Positions 22,454-32,895 are shown, counted from the first letter of the stretch. The stretch: DNA of 64,000 nt from an uncultured Gemmatimonadaceae bacterium (GCA_963817955.1 CAWFQK010000002.1:64001-128000); one strand, 5' to 3'. Numbers and translations are program-made. The notes: a model not told the origin generated them from the letters alone.

Positions 22454-24967
22454 TCATCGAGCCGGCGAGCGACGAGTGCGCCCGGTCGGCTCCGTCGTCT
22501 GCGCTTTCGGCCGATCCTTCGCATCCACTCGCAACGGAACGCCCCTCGAGTCCCCAGTCATTGCCGGTGCGAAAACCTGGCCTTCCAACGTGCGAGCCAG
22601 ATCGTCGAGTCTCGTGGCCGTCGCCACCTGCTTCGCCGTCACAAACACCGCCTCGGCGTCAGCCTGCCTTCCTTTCGCACGCAGCACCTCGGCAAGCTCC
22701 GCGCCCATGAAGACGTAGAGCGATGCGATCCCCACCGACGGCCGATCGACCCATTGCCCTTCGCGCACGATGGAGTGCTGTCCGACGAACACATCGTTCC
22801 ACAACGACTGCGATCGCGAGAGATCGAACCAACCGTCGCCCTCAATCATGAGCGTATCCTTGGCGGCTGCTCCATTGGCCGGCGGCACGAACAGCTTCGC
22901 CGCGAGCCCCTGCGTCAGCACGTTGTCTTCCAACCCCAACGACCGCGGATATCCGCCAGCCGACCGCGCGAAGTAGATGGGACGCGCCGGCCATGAATCC
23001 TGGATCATGCGCAGCACCACCGCGTCGGCGCGCTCCAACACGCCGTGCTCGAGATGCCGCGGGTCTATCGTGGCGCGGATGCCGTGCGCCGAGAACAGCA
23101 CGGGCTGCGGCAACTCGTAGTACGCTGGAATCGCGTCCGCTTCGTCGAGCGACATGTGGATGGGCGGCGTCGTTGGTTTGGCCCACTGTGTATTCCGATA
23201 GATTGCCGGCCCCTTCGCGGCGTCGTACGCGTAGATCGGACGGCGAATCATCTGACGCACGTACCAATCGGTATTGAGCAGCGACGTGCACGCGACGACG
23301 ACGTCCCGCCTGATGCCTTCGACTTCCTGCGCGTACCAGAGCGGAAACGTGTCGTTGTCGCCGACGGTGATCAGCACACCGTACGGCTCGACGGAGTTGA
23401 GCATGTCGGCGGCAACGTCGCGGGTAGCATGGTGCGACGCTCGCGACGCCGCTGCCCAATTGCTCGCCAACGGGACGAACGCCAGCGCCAGCACGGGAGA
23501 TGCCGCAATCCAACTTCGCCCTGACGGCGACGCATGCGTTGCCTTGCTGTCACTCGCACCGATCAATCCGGCGATCGCCTCCCACAGGTACACGAGCCCG
23601 AGCGCCGCCCATACGCCCCAGGCCGAGAAGCTCCAGAGGAAGAAGTAGTCGCGATCGCGCACTTCGTGCAGCGATTGCGACCCCGGGTCCTGCGACCAGC
23701 CCAGCTTGAAGTTCAGATAATAGATCAGCAGGAGCGTCATCGTGAACATGAGCGAACCAAAGTACCAGAAACTGCTCCGGTCGCGCCCGTAGTGCGCTCC
23801 CGCGCCGATGAGGCCGAGCATGAGGAACGACGCCGCCATCAGCGCTTGGGCGAGCGCATGGTCACCGCGCGCATCGCGAATCCACTGCCATTTGAAATAC
23901 ATCCACCACATTCCGATCTGCTCGCCGAACGACGCCTGCCTGTCGGAGAGTTCGGGCTTTCCGTATTGGCCACGGTTGAAGTTGTACATGAAGGCGCGGT
24001 ACGTGTCCTTCGACAGCGTGCACGACAGCTCGAGTTTCGTGCGACACGCCGTGGGCTCGCCCTCGTTCAATGCGGGCGACTGCGCGGCCCGGATGGGTTG
24101 TGTCGCGAATGGCGTGAGTCCCACAACGAGCATGACCGCGCAAACGAGCAACAGTCTCCACCGGAGCAGCGTCGTCGGCCGCCGCACGAGGACCGCGAGC
24201 GCCACGGCCGGCGCGGGAAGCATTCCCGCCATGTGATTCGCGTAGCCCAGTCCGCAGAGATACGCGATCATCACGAGCAGGCGATCCGCGCGAGCATCGT
24301 CCGGTTGCGCCGACCATCGCACCGCCAGCCACGAGATGAGCGCAATGCCAAGCAGCGACACCGTGTACACCTTCTCGTTCACCACGGATTGATTCCAGAC
24401 GGTGAACGCCGTCGCACCGATGATCGCTCCCAACACCGCACCCGCAATGCGCAGCCGACGCGACTTCAGCCATGCGGCCAGCACATGTTCGGTGACGAGG
24501 AACCACAGGCCTGCCGACGCGGCGCTCGACAGCGCGGCGAGGAGGTTGACCCGCGCTGCCACCGAGCCGGCGAGGGGCAACAGCGAGAACACGTGCCCGA
24601 TGATGACGAAGAACGGGTTGCCCGGCGGATGCGGCAAGCCGAACGCGTACGCCGCGGCGATGTACTCGCTCGTGTCCCACATCGCCGTGGACGGCGCCAT
24701 GGTGAGCCAGTACAGCCCGAACACCGCGAGGGCGACGATCGCCGCTGACCCATAGGACGGTCCATCGCCGCTCGGAACCCGACGCTCGACTGGCCCGGTC
24801 CACCAAATCGCGAGTGGGACGAGCGCGCAGTAGGCGACCGCGAGCAGGAACGCCGACATCGTCGTGCCGCCCGCCACGAGATCGGCGAACCCGGCCGTGA
24901 AGACGAGACCGGTGACGACGAAGAGATAAGTTTTTCTCTCTCTTGGGCGGGACACAAGGATTTTCAT
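22454..24967 (-). CDS. DUF2723/GT117 (TMEM260-like) membrane glycosyltransferase
   Basis: WDTSEY, GLPHPPGNP, EVRDRDYFF, GDNDTFPLWY.QEVEGIR.DV. Confidence 0.88.
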   Translation of the reverse strand: MKILVSRPRERKTYLFVVTGLVFTAGFADLVAGGTTMSAFLLAVAYCALVPLAIWWTGPVERRVPSGDGPSYGSAAIVALAVFGLYWLTMAPSTAMWDTSEYIAAAYAFGLPHPPGNPFFVIIGHVFSLLPLAGSVAARVNLLAALSSAASAGLWFLVTEHVLAAWLKSRRLRIAGAVLGAIIGATAFTVWNQSVVNEKVYTVSLLGIALISWLAVRWSAQPDDARADRLLVMIAYLCGLGYANHMAGMLPAPAVALAVLVRRPTTLLRWRLLLVCAVMLVVGLTPFATQPIRAAQSPALNEGEPTACRTKLELSCTLSKDTYRAFMYNFNRGQYGKPELSDRQASFGEQIGMWWMYFKWQWIRDARGDHALAQALMAASFLMLGLIGAGAHYGRDRSSFWYFGSLMFTMTLLLIYYLNFKLGWSQDPGSQSLHEVRDRDYFFLWSFSAWGVWAALGLVYLWEAIAGLIGASDSKATHASPSGRSWIAASPVLALAFVPLASNWAAASRASHHATRDVAADMLNSVEPYGVLITVGDNDTFPLWYAQEVEGIRRDVVVACTSLLNTDWYVRQMIRRPIYAYDAAKGPAIYRNTQWAKPTTPPIHMSLDEADAIPAYYELPQPVLFSAHGIRATIDPRHLEHGVLERADAVVLRMIQDSWPARPIYFARSAGGYPRSLGLEDNVLTQGLAAKLFVPPANGAAAKDTLMIEGDGWFDLSRSQSLWNDVFVGQHSIVREGQWVDRPSVGIASLYVFMGAELAEVLRAKGRQADAEAVFVTAKQVATATRLDDLARTLEGQVFAPAMTGDSRGVPLRVDAKDRPKAQTTEPTGRTRRSPAR

Positions 24968-24987
24968 AAGCGTTTTGGAATTCCGAG

Positions 24988-26259
24988 CTACTGCTCGCGA
25001 ATGATGGTCGAGAGCGCCGGCTGCTCGCCGCGCTCACGGAGCGCGTAGCGCGCCCAGGCGCGCACGCGCGGATTCGGATCGAGCTCGGCGGCCGTACGCG
25101 CCACCGCGACGGAGTCGGCCCGCTGCGCCAAGCCGAGCACCGCGTACGCGCGCGATTCCCACCGCGCGTCGAGCATCAAGCTGGTCAACACGGCGCGCGT
25201 TGGCGCGAGCTGCACCGCGCTCATGGGTCCGGCAACGACGAGAGTGGCAAGTGACGCGGCCGTCACCCAGCCGCGTGCCAACGGCCGCACGTCGTGATGC
25301 GTGTCCAGCACCGCGGCGAGCCGCATCCGCAATCCTGCACGTGCCGCCAGCGCGAGCGCCGCCTCGCGCGAGCGATGTGCTGGTCTCAGCGACGCCGCGG
25401 CAGCCACGAGCAACTCGGCGTAGTCGCTCCGCCGCACGCCGGCGCCGATGACGCGATCGTCGCATGCGATCTCGCAGTCCGCCCGGAGCTGGCGCACGAT
25501 CCACCACACGCCGGGGTGAAAGCAAAAGAGCGCGCACACCCCGCGGCCAGCGAGGTTGAACACCCAGTCCGCCGTGCGCACGTGCGACAGCTCATGCATC
25601 AACACCATTCGACGTTCCGACTCGCTCCACCGGTTTGCGCTTGCTGGCAGCACGACGACCGGGCGAAGGAATCCCCACGTCATCGGCATGACCGCAGCGG
25701 GATCGACGAACAGCTCGACGCGGCGGGACATGTCGAGCGTCGCCTGCACGTCACGGATCAGGCTCGCCCACGCGTGGCCGTTTGCGCGCGTGGCTCGGCG
25801 CAGCCGCCGACGCGCCCGTACGGACGCGACCATTGTAGGGACGAGCACTGCGACCACGCCGGCGAGATACACGAACAGGAGAATGCGCACGATACCGCTG
25901 CCATCAGCCGCCGAGCCGAACGTTGGCGCCGACGCAACTTGAAGCCGCCCCAGTTCGACGAGCGGCGCGGCGAGCGCGGGCGGAACGACCCACGCCATCC
26001 AATGCATGCTGATCCCGAGCGAACCAAACGGGAGACAGAGCGGAAGCAGCCGTCCAAGGAACACGAGCAACAGCGCCACGATCGCCGACCGCCACACCAG
26101 AGACCGCGCCTCGGCGCTCGCGTGTCGGAGCAGCAACGCCGCGATGCCGGCGGCAACGAGCGGCACGGTCACGAGCAGCGCCACCGTGTACACGGCTGCC
26201 ACCGTGTACGCGCTGTTTGCCTGGGTCGTGAGTAACGCCGCCGTCGAGCCGCTCACCAT
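24988..26259 (-). CDS. M56 family (BlaR1-like) metallopeptidase
   Basis: PMTWG..RP.VVLP, HELSH, E.ACDD.V; follows BlaI-like gene. Confidence 0.9.
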   Translation of the reverse strand: MVSGSTAALLTTQANSAYTVAAVYTVALLVTVPLVAAGIAALLLRHASAEARSLVWRSAIVALLLVFLGRLLPLCLPFGSLGISMHWMAWVVPPALAAPLVELGRLQVASAPTFGSAADGSGIVRILLFVYLAGVVAVLVPTMVASVRARRRLRRATRANGHAWASLIRDVQATLDMSRRVELFVDPAAVMPMTWGFLRPVVVLPASANRWSESERRMVLMHELSHVRTADWVFNLAGRGVCALFCFHPGVWWIVRQLRADCEIACDDRVIGAGVRRSDYAELLVAAAASLRPAHRSREAALALAARAGLRMRLAAVLDTHHDVRPLARGWVTAASLATLVVAGPMSAVQLAPTRAVLTSLMLDARWESRAYAVLGLAQRADSVAVARTAAELDPNPRVRAWARYALRERGEQPALSTIIREQ

Positions 26260-26264
26260 TATCC

Positions 26265-26660
26265 CTATTGATCCTCAGCCCGGAGGCGCTTCACGGCCAT
26301 CGTTATCTGCTTGCGCTCTTCCGGCGACAGCGGCCGGTCAGATTCTTCGAGCAGCGCGGCGACGGCCGCGGTGCGCGACCCATCGAAGAACGTACCAATG
26401 AGGTGGCGAACCGCCGACCGCTGCGCCACGCTGCGTGGCGTGGTCGGATGATACACGTGCCGCGGCCCTTCCTTCTTGTGGCGCAGCTGTCCCTTGTCTT
26501 CGAGAATCCGCAGCAGCGTACGCACGGCGGCTAGCACGACCGGCGGGTCCGGGAGTTGCTCGTGGATTTCGGCCGCTGTGGCATGACCATGGCGATAGAC
26601 GACATCCATGATCTGACTTTCGCGGCGGCTGAGGTGGTTCGGGGTGGATGGCTTGGGCAT
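26265..26660 (-). CDS. BlaI/MecI/CopY family repressor
   Basis: LSRRESQIMDVVY, VRTLLRILEDKG, TFFDGS. Confidence 0.9.
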   Translation of the reverse strand: MPKPSTPNHLSRRESQIMDVVYRHGHATAAEIHEQLPDPPVVLAAVRTLLRILEDKGQLRHKKEGPRHVYHPTTPRSVAQRSAVRHLIGTFFDGSRTAAVAALLEESDRPLSPEERKQITMAVKRLRAEDQ

Positions 26661-26671
26661 GCGATAAAAAG

Positions 26672-26715
26672 TTGTCACCTGGAGACAATATTTTGTCAGA
26701 ACAGCGGAAAGTCAA
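26672..26715 (-). promoter_or_regulatory. Candidate blaI promoter/operator
   Basis: TTGACT-N17-AATATT on minus strand overlapping GACAA-TATT-TTGTC inverted repeat (26684-26697). Confidence 0.45.
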
Positions 26716-26798
26716 TGGACATCTGAGGGCTATCGGTCAGAACCATTGAGGGTGAGGCAGGACGGGGCACGAGTTCTGAACAGAAAGGCCCTGGGCAA

Positions 26799-27620
26799 TC
26801 AACGATGTCTTCTCACTCCGGCCCCCGCTTTCCGCTCGTCGAGCTCGCGGTGAAGGTTGCGCACTTCCACTGATGAGTCGCCCGCACGTAATCGAAGGCG
26901 CGACGCGATGCGGGGGTTCGTCTGCACCATGTCACCCGTACCCGACAGCGCAAACACACTCGCGGCCCGAACCGACGGGCTGTCGTCGACCATCGCAGAC
27001 TCGATGAACGGCACCAGATCCTCGGGATCGGATGTTCGCATCAGCGACTCGAGCGCCTCGATTCGCATCGTCTCGGCACCACGCCGAAACGCGCCGACGA
27101 GCACATGACGTACTGCCGTTGTCGTGTCGGCGAGTTGCCCCAGCGCAACGACCGCCGCGATGGCACTTGAATCATCGCGTTGCGCCACTGCGATCAAGGG
27201 TTGCTCCACCAACGCAAGCGCTGCGTGCGGAGCAGAACCAAGTGCCCGCGCCGCGAGCGCGCGTGTCGCCGCATCTGGACCACTTACCAGCGCAGCGATG
27301 ACGTCATCAAGACACTTTCCGCCGCGGACAACTCGGACGAGCGCAGGTAGAGCGCTCGCCCGGACTGCGGTATCTCGCATGCGCCGCGAGAGTGCCGCGC
27401 ACGGCACGGGCTGCGGCCAGTCGGACGTTCCCAGGCTGTATCGATCGAGCGCAGCGACGCGCCGCTCGACGTCGGCCGCGTCGAGATCTTCCGTCCACTG
27501 TGGCACATCGCTGAGCTCGTGATCCACCTCAGCCGCAAGCGCGCACACGATCGTAACGCCGAGTCCGGCGAAGAGCAGCCGCATCGCGATCGGCACGCGC
27601 GCGCACCCGCGCGGACGCAT
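26799..27620 (-). CDS. HEAT-repeat protein with N-terminal hydrophobic segment
   Basis: Repeated R..AA.ALG and D.S..VR motifs. Confidence 0.6.
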   Translation of the reverse strand: MRPRGCARVPIAMRLLFAGLGVTIVCALAAEVDHELSDVPQWTEDLDAADVERRVAALDRYSLGTSDWPQPVPCAALSRRMRDTAVRASALPALVRVVRGGKCLDDVIAALVSGPDAATRALAARALGSAPHAALALVEQPLIAVAQRDDSSAIAAVVALGQLADTTTAVRHVLVGAFRRGAETMRIEALESLMRTSDPEDLVPFIESAMVDDSPSVRAASVFALSGTGDMVQTNPRIASRLRLRAGDSSVEVRNLHRELDERKAGAGVRRHR

Positions 27621-27640
27621 TGGCGTGCCTTCCCGACCTC

Positions 27641-30049
27641 TTAGAACGACGCCTTGAGCCGCAGTTGAATGCTCCGCGGCCGACCGACCGACGCGCCACT
27701 GAAGAACGCGCCCTTCAACAAGTACTTCTTATTAAGCACGTTGTCGACGTACACTTCCGGCTGGAATACCGAGCCGCGGAGGATGAACGTATAGCCCGCC
27801 GACGCGTTGAAGATCATGCTCGGCGGCACATGCGTGCCTGCGTTGAAGTCGAACAGACCGGTTCCGTACTCGCAGCCACACTCCGCTGGGTCCTTGCCGT
27901 TCGTGAGGCCGGAGCCGTACGTCGTCGTGCCGCTGACGTAAAACCGGTTCGGCGAATACGTCAGGTTGCCAACGATGGAGAGCCGCTGGTCGTGATCGAG
28001 ATCAAAGAACGGCGACGACGGTGGTGCGTCAGGGAAGAACCCGCCGGTGACGTTGCCGAACCCGTAGGCATGGTTGAGCGCCGCATTGATGTACCCGCTC
28101 ACCGGACCGTTCGGCCGGTACTCGATCACGCTCTCCAGCCCGGTGATTTGAATGTGCGTGATGTTCACGTCGGTCACGATGTTCGACCCCGGCACGGTGT
28201 TATCGTCGATCCCCGGATCGCTCCGCTTGTGGTAGACTGAGAGCTTCGTGACAAACCCACTCGATGGAAAGCGCTGAATGAGGCCGGCCTCGAAGAAATG
28301 ATCGCGCTCGGGCACAGTACCTTGATTCACTTCCCCGCCCTGCGCCGCGCTCGTGATGGCACGTAGGTCTTCGATGTTCGTCGGCATGAACAGCCGACCA
28401 TAGTAGCCGTAGACCGTCGTCGACGTCGAAGGGTAGAGATTCAGCCGGAATCGCGGACTGACCTGCGACTGCGCCGATTCGTTCGGAGCCTGATGGGTAT
28501 CGTATCGCACGCCAGTGCGGATCTCGGCCCATTTCGCGGGCGACCACGCCGTCTGAGCGTACGCGCCGACGTCGTGGCCGCTCAGGCCCGAGTTCGATTG
28601 TGGCCCCACCACGCCCATGCTGTTGAACGTCGAGAAATCCTCATGCCCCGATGTCTGAGATGCCAGGGTGCCGAACTTGAATTCGAGCTCGTTTGCCGGG
28701 CGGATCGAGTAGTCCAGCTTCACGCCATAGATGTTGGCGTTCCGGTTCTCCGCGATGCTGAAGGTATCCTTCACGTCCGGGTAGAACACGAACTGCGGCT
28801 GATCCTTTGGATCAGGGTTGTAGTGAAGGCTCGCGTTCCGATAGAAGAAGCCCGCGAACAGCTCCGACGCGGCGCGGCCTTCCGCGTTCGTCGTGCTTTG
28901 ATGGTGCCACCCGAGGTTGATGAAGCTGTTCTGATCCTTCTGATGATCGTTCTGGAATGTGCCGCCAGACGAGTCGAACGGCACGGCAAAGTTCGTCTGT
29001 GACGTGTTCATGTCGAGCGCGAATACGTCGTTCACGCTCGGCGCATACTGCACTTTCCCGAATCCGTAATAGTCCGTGCCATTGTTATGGAAATTGACGA
29101 TGCGATCGCCCGTGGTGTCGAATACCACCGGATCGAGCCGCATGTCGCTGGACTGGCGCGCGCCCGACACGAAGAAGCCCCACGGCCCTGAATTCGTGCT
29201 CGCGGTCAGTGACTGCCCGTTGAAGCCCGTGGGACCGACGGTCGTGCCGCTCTGAAACGTTCCGGCGAAAGTGCTCGCGCTCCCGTGGAAGCCGCCCGAC
29301 GGAATCTTTGTCGTGACGTTCACGACCGCCGCAATGCGGCCGCCATATTCGGCGTCCCACCCGCCAGTCTGGAAATTGATCTGCTTGACGACTTCCGGAT
29401 CGAATAGCTCGTTGAGCGATCCCGAGATGCCTGGGGGCACCGGGACGCCGTCGATGTAGTACGTATACTCGGCGTGCTGCCCGCGAATGTGCACTTCTCC
29501 GGTAGGCGCGCGCGCAGCGCCGGCGATGGACTCCTGAAGGATCTGCGAGGTCGTGTTCGTCGGCGCGCCGTGATAGTCGTTCTGCTTGAAGACTTGATCA
29601 CCGGTGCGTGTGTCCACCGCGATCGCCGCTGTCGCCGTGACGTGCATTGCTTCCAGATTCAGCCCGATCGGTGACATCGCGAAATTCATCGATTGCGTCG
29701 TCGTGCTGGCCCCGATCGTTACTGGCCGACTCATTGGCCGGAAACCGAGCATATGCACGCTCAGCGTGTAGCTCCCCGGTGCGACGTTATGGATCGTAAA
29801 CTGGCCGAAGGTGTTCGTCACGGTGTTGCTCACGACGTTTCCCCGCGTGCTCGTGAGGCTCACCTCCGCCGACTGGAGTGGTTGTCCGGTCGTGCTGTCG
29901 GTGACGGTTCCGGTTACGTTGGCGTTCGCGTATATCGCAACCGCTCGAACCGATGCGGTCAACGGTGCACGCGCCGCCTGCGCGACAGGAAACGGGCCGA
30001 GAATCGCCAGCACGGCGACAACTCGGCGCATCGACAATCGATGAGTCAT
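27641..30049 (-). CDS. TonB-dependent receptor with N-terminal carboxypeptidase-regulatory-like domain
   Basis: Signal peptide, VTGTVTD...G.FTI.NV.PGSY, plug YYIDGVP, C-terminal Phe. Confidence 0.9.
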   Translation of the reverse strand: MTHRLSMRRVVAVLAILGPFPVAQAARAPLTASVRAVAIYANANVTGTVTDSTTGQPLQSAEVSLTSTRGNVVSNTVTNTFGQFTIHNVAPGSYTLSVHMLGFRPMSRPVTIGASTTTQSMNFAMSPIGLNLEAMHVTATAAIAVDTRTGDQVFKQNDYHGAPTNTTSQILQESIAGAARAPTGEVHIRGQHAEYTYYIDGVPVPPGISGSLNELFDPEVVKQINFQTGGWDAEYGGRIAAVVNVTTKIPSGGFHGSASTFAGTFQSGTTVGPTGFNGQSLTASTNSGPWGFFVSGARQSSDMRLDPVVFDTTGDRIVNFHNNGTDYYGFGKVQYAPSVNDVFALDMNTSQTNFAVPFDSSGGTFQNDHQKDQNSFINLGWHHQSTTNAEGRAASELFAGFFYRNASLHYNPDPKDQPQFVFYPDVKDTFSIAENRNANIYGVKLDYSIRPANELEFKFGTLASQTSGHEDFSTFNSMGVVGPQSNSGLSGHDVGAYAQTAWSPAKWAEIRTGVRYDTHQAPNESAQSQVSPRFRLNLYPSTSTTVYGYYGRLFMPTNIEDLRAITSAAQGGEVNQGTVPERDHFFEAGLIQRFPSSGFVTKLSVYHKRSDPGIDDNTVPGSNIVTDVNITHIQITGLESVIEYRPNGPVSGYINAALNHAYGFGNVTGGFFPDAPPSSPFFDLDHDQRLSIVGNLTYSPNRFYVSGTTTYGSGLTNGKDPAECGCEYGTGLFDFNAGTHVPPSMIFNASAGYTFILRGSVFQPEVYVDNVLNKKYLLKGAFFSGASVGRPRSIQLRLKASF

Positions 30050-30167
30050 TGGTGTCCTTGAGGTCGGTCGGATTTGACGAACCGACTCCTTGGTCGGCCG
30101 ATGACCTATGCTACGCAGGCCCGTGACGCGAGCGCGGATGATTTCAACGTGCAGTCACTCAGGGCGC

Positions 30168-30198
30168 GCGGTTGGTCGTATGTCGCCAACGAATGGTT
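30168..30198 (-). promoter_or_regulatory. Candidate LytTR-binding direct repeat upstream of the TonB-dependent receptor
   Basis: AACCATTCGT and GACCAACCGC, 21 bp apart on the minus strand. Confidence 0.45.
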
Positions 30199-30225
30199 GA
30201 TGGGCTCAACAGGTCGCTGCCGCGC

Positions 30226-32307
30226 TCACCACGCCTTGTACCGCAGCTCGGCGTAGATCGTTCGCCCCTGTCCAGGCGACGCCTGGCCGCCTGATTCCAG
30301 CTCGCGATAGGTGGTATTGAACAGGTTTCGCGCGCTAATCATGACGTCGGTCTTCGGCCGCAGAGTGAGGCCGGCTGTGATATTCACCAGGAGGTAGGCC
30401 GAACGGGTGATTCCCGGCTCTTCAAACGGAGTGTACGGGCCCTGAAAGTTGCCGCCAAGCTGACCGAACCAACGCGCGTGCGGAACGTTGATGTCGATCA
30501 GCGCGGTGCCGACATACTTCGACGTATTGAAGATCGGGACGCCCGTGTAGTCATTTCCGTCGTTGGGGTCCACGAAGTTCGTGTAGAACCCATGAAGGAT
30601 CGTGAAGTCGGTTGTCGCCTTGACACCGCGTGCAATTTCGGCATGCGCCGAAACGTCGAGTCCGTCGCGCCGGCTCTGTCCGCCGCCCACGACCGTGTTG
30701 AGCGCGGGATCAAAGCTCTGCTCGTTCGATACGTCCATGCGAAAGAGCGATGCATCCATCGAGAGACGGCCCTCGTCGAGCTTCACACCTGTCTCATAAT
30801 CCCATACGGTGATGAACGGCAGCGTGGGATCGGTGATGACGCCATCGGTTTGCCGAAACCCACGGGAGACGTTCGCGAACAGCCCGACCCCGGCCTGACC
30901 GATGGCGCCGAAGGGCCGAACCATGACACCGATCTTCGGCGAGAAGATGCCCTTGCTGTGCTGGCTGTCGTAGAGCCGGTTGACTACCAGATTGCCGCTG
31001 GTGTCGGTGACCGGTTGTCGCACGGCGGTCGAGAGTTGGTCCACTCGGCCCCCGAGATCGATGCGCACGAAGCGGCTGACGTCGAAGCCGGATTGAAGGT
31101 AGATGCCGCCCGAGAGTTGGCGCGCGGGCAGCGCGAGCGCCAGCGGCACCGAATCCACATGGAAGCCGGTGGAGGCTTCGGCGTAGTTCTGATACGTCGC
31201 TCGGCTGAAGCGCGTGTCGGCACCGATGGTGATGTCCACCCCGGATGCCGCGTACGTCATCGCTGTCGTTGCGCCTACCCCGGAGCGGCTGTCGTACTCC
31301 CGGGTTTCAGCCCCCGTGCCTTCGGTGAGCCCGCCGAGCCCGGGCGGAGTGCTCAGCCAGAATTGCCAGAATCCCTGCTGCGCGTACACAGTCGTGCGCC
31401 ACTCCAACGACGAGCCGATGAACGAGCGAATGCTCACGCGTTCCTGGGCATGACGCTTGAAGCCCTCGTCATTGAAATTCGAGACGAAGTTGTAGTGGCC
31501 CGCGTTGTAGAGCGTGGTGTCGAGAAACCCCGGGGAGCGATACGACGTGAGATACCCGTCAGCGGCAGCGTCGATCGTCGTGTTTTGGCTGAGGTCGTGC
31601 ACGGTCGCCGCATGCAGATGGCCGTACTGGTTCTCCGAGTTCGGTCGCCATCCATCTTCGCGAAATCCCTGGATGGCGAGGACTCCGCCCGAGGTGCCGT
31701 GATCGAAACCCGTAATGGCATACCCGTGGCCGTTCCCGAACGACCCGCCGCCACCGGAGAGCTCCCCACCGTCGTACCGATCCAGCGTGCGCACGTTCAT
31801 CACTCCCCCGAACGCGAAGTTGCCGTACAGTGCGCTCGTGGGCCCTTTGAGCACGTCGATGCCGGTGATGATCTGCGGAAAGAGCAGGTTCAGATCGTTG
31901 TATCCTTCCGAGTGCCCGTTCACCGACTCGTTGTTCGGAACACCGTCGATGTAGAGCGCGAGATCAGTCGAATGATCCGAGCTGAACCCTCTGATTGACA
32001 GGTCGGAGGCGAATCCGGGCCCCTGCCCCTGCTCGTGCACCTCGAGCCCTGCAGCTTGGCGGAACAGCTCCCAGGGTGAATTGGCCGGCGTCCTTGCCAG
32101 ATTCAAGGTGTCGATATGCGCCACCGTGAGGGGTTCACTGCGCTCCACCGGCGTCGCGGTGATGGTCACCTGATTGAGGCGCGCCGCCTTCCGCAGCGTA
32201 TCACGCTTGGCCGTATCGGGTCGGACGTGCGTGGTGTCCTGCGCGGGCAACGAGAACGGCAACGCCACGCAGCCGATGGCGAGCGCGATCCAAGAGATCA
32301 TACGCAT
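30226..32307 (-). CDS. TonB-dependent receptor
   Basis: Signal peptide, VTITAT TonB box, SIRGF, YIDGVPNN, VLKGP.SALYG, C-terminal Trp. Confidence 0.9.
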   Translation of the reverse strand: MRMISWIALAIGCVALPFSLPAQDTTHVRPDTAKRDTLRKAARLNQVTITATPVERSEPLTVAHIDTLNLARTPANSPWELFRQAAGLEVHEQGQGPGFASDLSIRGFSSDHSTDLALYIDGVPNNESVNGHSEGYNDLNLLFPQIITGIDVLKGPTSALYGNFAFGGVMNVRTLDRYDGGELSGGGGSFGNGHGYAITGFDHGTSGGVLAIQGFREDGWRPNSENQYGHLHAATVHDLSQNTTIDAAADGYLTSYRSPGFLDTTLYNAGHYNFVSNFNDEGFKRHAQERVSIRSFIGSSLEWRTTVYAQQGFWQFWLSTPPGLGGLTEGTGAETREYDSRSGVGATTAMTYAASGVDITIGADTRFSRATYQNYAEASTGFHVDSVPLALALPARQLSGGIYLQSGFDVSRFVRIDLGGRVDQLSTAVRQPVTDTSGNLVVNRLYDSQHSKGIFSPKIGVMVRPFGAIGQAGVGLFANVSRGFRQTDGVITDPTLPFITVWDYETGVKLDEGRLSMDASLFRMDVSNEQSFDPALNTVVGGGQSRRDGLDVSAHAEIARGVKATTDFTILHGFYTNFVDPNDGNDYTGVPIFNTSKYVGTALIDINVPHARWFGQLGGNFQGPYTPFEEPGITRSAYLLVNITAGLTLRPKTDVMISARNLFNTTYRELESGGQASPGQGRTIYAELRYKAW

Positions 32308-32430
32308 TGTGAGAACGTCTCCACGTCGAGGGTACGGTGGAGGCATGTCGCACTCCACCGGCGACGGCGGCCTGGTGGCACGCCATCCGTCCGCGGCCTC
32401 CGCGTGGCGGCAGCGGCGGCGCGGTCCTGC

Positions 32431-32844
32431 TCAGACGTGGAGTGGTGGAGGACCGTTCGGGTAGGGAAGGATGACGTCCGGAGCTGCTGGCCGAAGGCCA
32501 TGCGTCGCTGGCGCGGCAAGCGCCACCACGGTGATCTCGGGCGCCACCGGAAGCGTCGGCGACCGGGCAACATCTACTCCGACCGGGATGCTCCCGCAAC
32601 ACGGGCAGCAGCACTGATGCGATCCATGATCGGCGGGTGGGGGCCCGTGCCCGCCGGGTGCACTCGCATCATCGTGTCCGCTCACCGCGGGCATCCCCGC
32701 CATCGCCGCCATGCCGTCCATCAGCATCGCGGACCCCATGGTGCGCATGGGGCACCCATCCGACGGCATGACGCTCATGCTCGCCATCAGGAAACATGGC
32801 CCGACCAGGCCGGTCACGATTCGCTGCCACAGTCGGCGTTGCAT
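32431..32844 (-). CDS. DUF2946-like Met/His/Cys-rich small protein
   Basis: Signal-like N-terminus, HQCCCPCC, C-terminal LPYPNGPPP; directly upstream of a TonB-dependent receptor. Confidence 0.7.
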   Translation of the reverse strand: MQRRLWQRIVTGLVGPCFLMASMSVMPSDGCPMRTMGSAMLMDGMAAMAGMPAVSGHDDASAPGGHGPPPADHGSHQCCCPCCGSIPVGVDVARSPTLPVAPEITVVALAAPATHGLRPAAPDVILPYPNGPPPLHV

Positions 32845-32895
32845 ATGCGATAATGTAGCGCGTCTCCCGGACGGCGTCATTCGCGGCGCGCACGA

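Noticed and set aside
30050..30225. Cobalamin or other riboswitch before the TonB-dependent receptor
   Set aside because: Some hairpins are possible but I could not find a B12 box or other aptamer consensus
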